A stretch of DNA of 64,000 bases from Asterias rubens (lineage: Eukaryota). The DNA is taken from NCBI RefSeq assembly GCF_902459465.1, contig NC_047065.1:372001-436000 (forward strand). Direction: 5' to 3'. Positions 60,846-64,000 of the stretch are shown here, piece by piece. How positions within the stretch are numbered: position 1 is the stretch's first letter; every line of letters begins with the position of its first letter. A model generated the notes under the pieces. The model saw nothing but the letters and a program-made list of their open reading frames with translations. It made no database searches and had not been told where the DNA came from. A program made the position numbers and the translations under genes.

Positions 60846-63105
60846 GAGGCATGATTACAACTTGTACAGTTTGTATTTCACGAATATTTTATGCAAAGTG
60901 TCGGCACTGCTTCTGTTAGAGACCGAACTTTGATTGGTTATCAAAGACGAGTAGTGTCTGTCTGTATATGGTTACCATGGCATTGTGTGAGATAATTATC
61001 AACACGTTTCATAGCTCAATGCATTTTTCCCCTTCATCTTGGAAGACGATCCGTCATCAGTACTCTGTACTTTAAGCTTTTATCGCTAAGAGGATCCGCG
61101 TATAGACAGGGGAAACTCAATTGTGCATTGTAATTGAACAATTTAAGATGCTGTAACAAACAATCACAATGTACTGAACGAACAATAACCTCACAGGAAT
61201 CCATATATGAATGGATGGAGCTGGGGAACGAACACTGGTTATCAAGTTTGATCCGGCGCAAATACAAAACAAAATGGAGATTTTCTTTTCACTTACACGC
61301 AATGACTAATCATCAATTCCCTTCAGACCGACTTCAAACCATAAACTGAATAACATGAGTTTCGCAGATAAATTGTTGTTGAACACAAAACGGCTGAGAT
61401 TTTCTTCAATATTTCACCCTGTTTTTTTTATATTAATCCTCACACACTAAGACGAGCATAGACCACTTTTGATTGTATCGCGAGGTCTCGCGAGTACGTG
61501 ACAGAGTTTTAAGACGGACTGGTGTGACGTCATCAAGTCCCACTTGAGCGCATAAGTCTCGTAATCGTTTTAAAAGGACAAACGTATTTCTCAAAAGTGA
61601 ATCGAGTGGGGAAGAAGATATTGTGAGTTAGATATTGTGGCTCGAGGCACATTTCAAAAAATCAAGGAACAGCTCGTATACACAACGCAAGAATTCAGCA
61701 AAAAAAACCTCAAACCAACTCAAAAAAGGGAAAAAACTAGAGCAGATACGGTAAGATAACTTTAGCAAAGGAAATAGTTTGTGAATAGTTCACTTTTAAA
61801 CTTATAAGTTAGATACGCATGCTTGAGCCATAGAGCAAGGCACGGCTTGAGCTAAGAAGCCAGTAACTTCCTTTTTATACAGTGATAAGAGAATGTAAGA
61901 TTGATAATCAAGACATTCTTGTACGAATCATTATAATTGATAGAGTTCTTAAATTGTTCTTAATTGAAAGAGTTCTTAAAAATCTCCCTAAAGTATTTTT
62001 TGTTTTAGTTTTCCCCTTTTTCTAAGAGTAAGTCGAAGACGAATATTATTCAATACATTGAGAAGACATGTCTGTATAATTTGAAAGTGTTTTTTTGCAA
62101 TTTTGGCGGGAAAACTGACGATTCGCACTCTGCACGGTGTTACACCGTTAAGGCTTACAACTTCAAGTGGGGGATTAGTGTGACTTATTCACTAATTAAA
62201 CGTTCATTAAAGTGTCATTTTAATTGACAATTTCAAGGACGTTTTTCAGTTAAGTCTCTTATTTATTCCTGAATATTACAAGACGTGGTTCCGCTTCAGT
62301 GGTTATTTATCTTAAGTGTATTTCAGCAGGAGACGTCAGTTTACAGTTTAAGTCATGGAATTTAGTCACAATCGAACTTTAGAAATGACTACTAAGCAAA
62401 GTGCAGAATCTCACTTGATGGTACCCTTATGGCCCAATTTCATAAAAAACGTTAAGCGTAAATGGTGCTTAGCAGAAATAAACAGGGTAGCATTTATTAA
62501 CAGGAAACATTTATATTTTAACCGTAACCTGATTGGACTCTGAAAACTTCCACAAAGGTTGAATCAAACGAGTAATTAGTCAACGGAAACAAACGAGAAA
62601 GTGAGTGGAACTACACAAAATAGAAATGTTTTGTATCTAGAAGGACCGTCTGTTGAAAATTCACGCTGATTCTTGTCGACTGTTGTAGACGAAACTCACG
62701 TAAAGTGCACGCAGTTCGGGTTCCCAGACACCCTATAGTCATTGTAACGGGATCAATAAACTTCGACATCATTTTCGACAACCGCGAAACGCGTAAAGTG
62801 ACGACGCACGCCGTATGACAAAATCTTGAGTCTTTTGTTAACGCAAATTATCGCCTGATTTCACAGCATTAGGATTTACAGCATGGTTCATCTGAATCAA
62901 ACTGCACAACGTGTAATGGTACACTACTTTAAGAATCATGAGGGGGTGGGTCGTATAAGAACTTACACAAGCAAACTAAACAACAACCAACATTGCAGGG
63001 ATACCACTTTACAAACTAGACTTAAACAAATTCATTCATTGTTTTAGAATGATCCTTTGGATGTCGAAGTTTGTAGGGTTTGAAACTTGACAAGGTGGAA
63101 ATACG

Positions 63106-63359
63106 ATATGGAAAGGTCTGCGGTAACACCGTGTATAAATCTCTAATGAGTTGGGGTGGTTCTTAAAAGAGCCGTGTGTTTTAACTCGACGTTTCGATCA
63201 GTATGCTCTGATCGTCTTCAGAAGAGAAGCCAGCTTTCTACTGAAGACGAACAGAGCATATTGATCGAAACGTTGGGTTTAAACCAACGGTTCTTTTCAG
63301 AACCACCCCAACTCATTAGAGATAGTCATTACATAGTGTTACCGCAAACCTTTCTATAT
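63106..63359. mobile_element. 254-bp palindromic element built from two inverted Penelope-like hammerhead-bearing arms
   Basis: Arms ~63106-63221 and 63241-63359 are imperfect inverted repeats around a 19-nt spacer. Confidence 0.8.
63185..63224 (-). ncRNA. Putative minimal type-I hammerhead ribozyme motif (Penelope-associated variant)
   Basis: The minus strand reads cuu-CUGAAGA-c-GAUCAG-agcaua-CUGAUC-GAA-ACGU-C/gag: conserved core, perfect 6-bp stem II, palindromic ACGU stem III, 3-bp stem I. Activity untested. Confidence 0.6.
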
Positions 63360-64000
63360 GTTGAAGTATGTTTGTTTTTCCATGTCATCTGTCATGACCA
63401 AAATTTATTCTGAAAAGAAAATCTGAAAACATTTTTCCCCGCAAAAATTGAGCAAGACATCTTTAATGCGCTGGATTTCAGCATGACTGGTAACTTGTTG
63501 CATAGATTGAAGAGAAGCAATGTTGATATGGACTATGATGAATACAAGTTGCATTTTAATCACACTTGTTAGATGATCATTATGAGTTGCCATGTCATCA
63601 CAACATACGGCTTTATTGTTACCTGACTTTTTCAGTGAATGCCTTAACATGATGAAGCCAGGTTCATTTAATACCACGAAGGGGGTGGGGCAGCAATGAA
63701 TGCCTTTATACATCATCAACCATAGCTCGTCTCATGACGTGAAAAGTACATCAAACCTCAGGTGTATTTGCCTTTCTAATTTGACTGACAGAACCGTAGG
63801 ATATTGGTCGCTCTCCGTTCTGTACACACACATACAGGCGTTGTTAAAACACCTAAGGCTATATTATAGCTTTTTGATAGAAGCATAACGTTGAGATTTC
63901 CATATCAGTTTTTGTTAATAGGTGGTGTGGTGTTTCCAGACTCGATTTACTTTTGTTATTATAGGTCAACCTTTATTGCTGCACCTGTAATATGTGTTAG

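Overview
This is eukaryotic, AT-rich, intron-rich animal DNA. The repeat families look like those of a marine invertebrate, possibly a sea star, but that is my inference and is unverified. Bases ~170-31476 (+) carry the 3' part of one FHOD-family formin gene (single FHOD1/FHOD3-like copy). I assembled about 19 exons by hand from GT-AG sites and phase matching: a run of small symmetric phase-1 exons in the FH3-FH1 linker, a 1124-nt FH1/FH2-start exon, seven further FH2 exons, linker exons, the DAD exon and the last coding exon ending GVQV*. The N-terminal GBD/FH3 exons lie upstream of the window. I recognise no protein-coding gene in 31.5-64 kb. That half holds MITE-like palindromic elements, tRNA-derived SINE fragments, tandem arrays and a few promoter-like motif clusters. 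Most notable: (1) a 254-bp palindromic element at 63106-63359 carrying a Penelope-type minimal hammerhead-ribozyme motif on each strand, one apparently intact; (2) about 20 young, mutually unrelated tandem amplifications covering roughly 13% of the window, several copying or abutting splice sites, including a five-fold duplication of an FH2 exon end with its donor; (3) nested or palindrome-targeted transposon insertions; (4) candidate alternative FHOD exons. All coordinates were counted by eye and no searches were run, so exon boundaries outside the conserved FH2/DAD region and all element family names are provisional.
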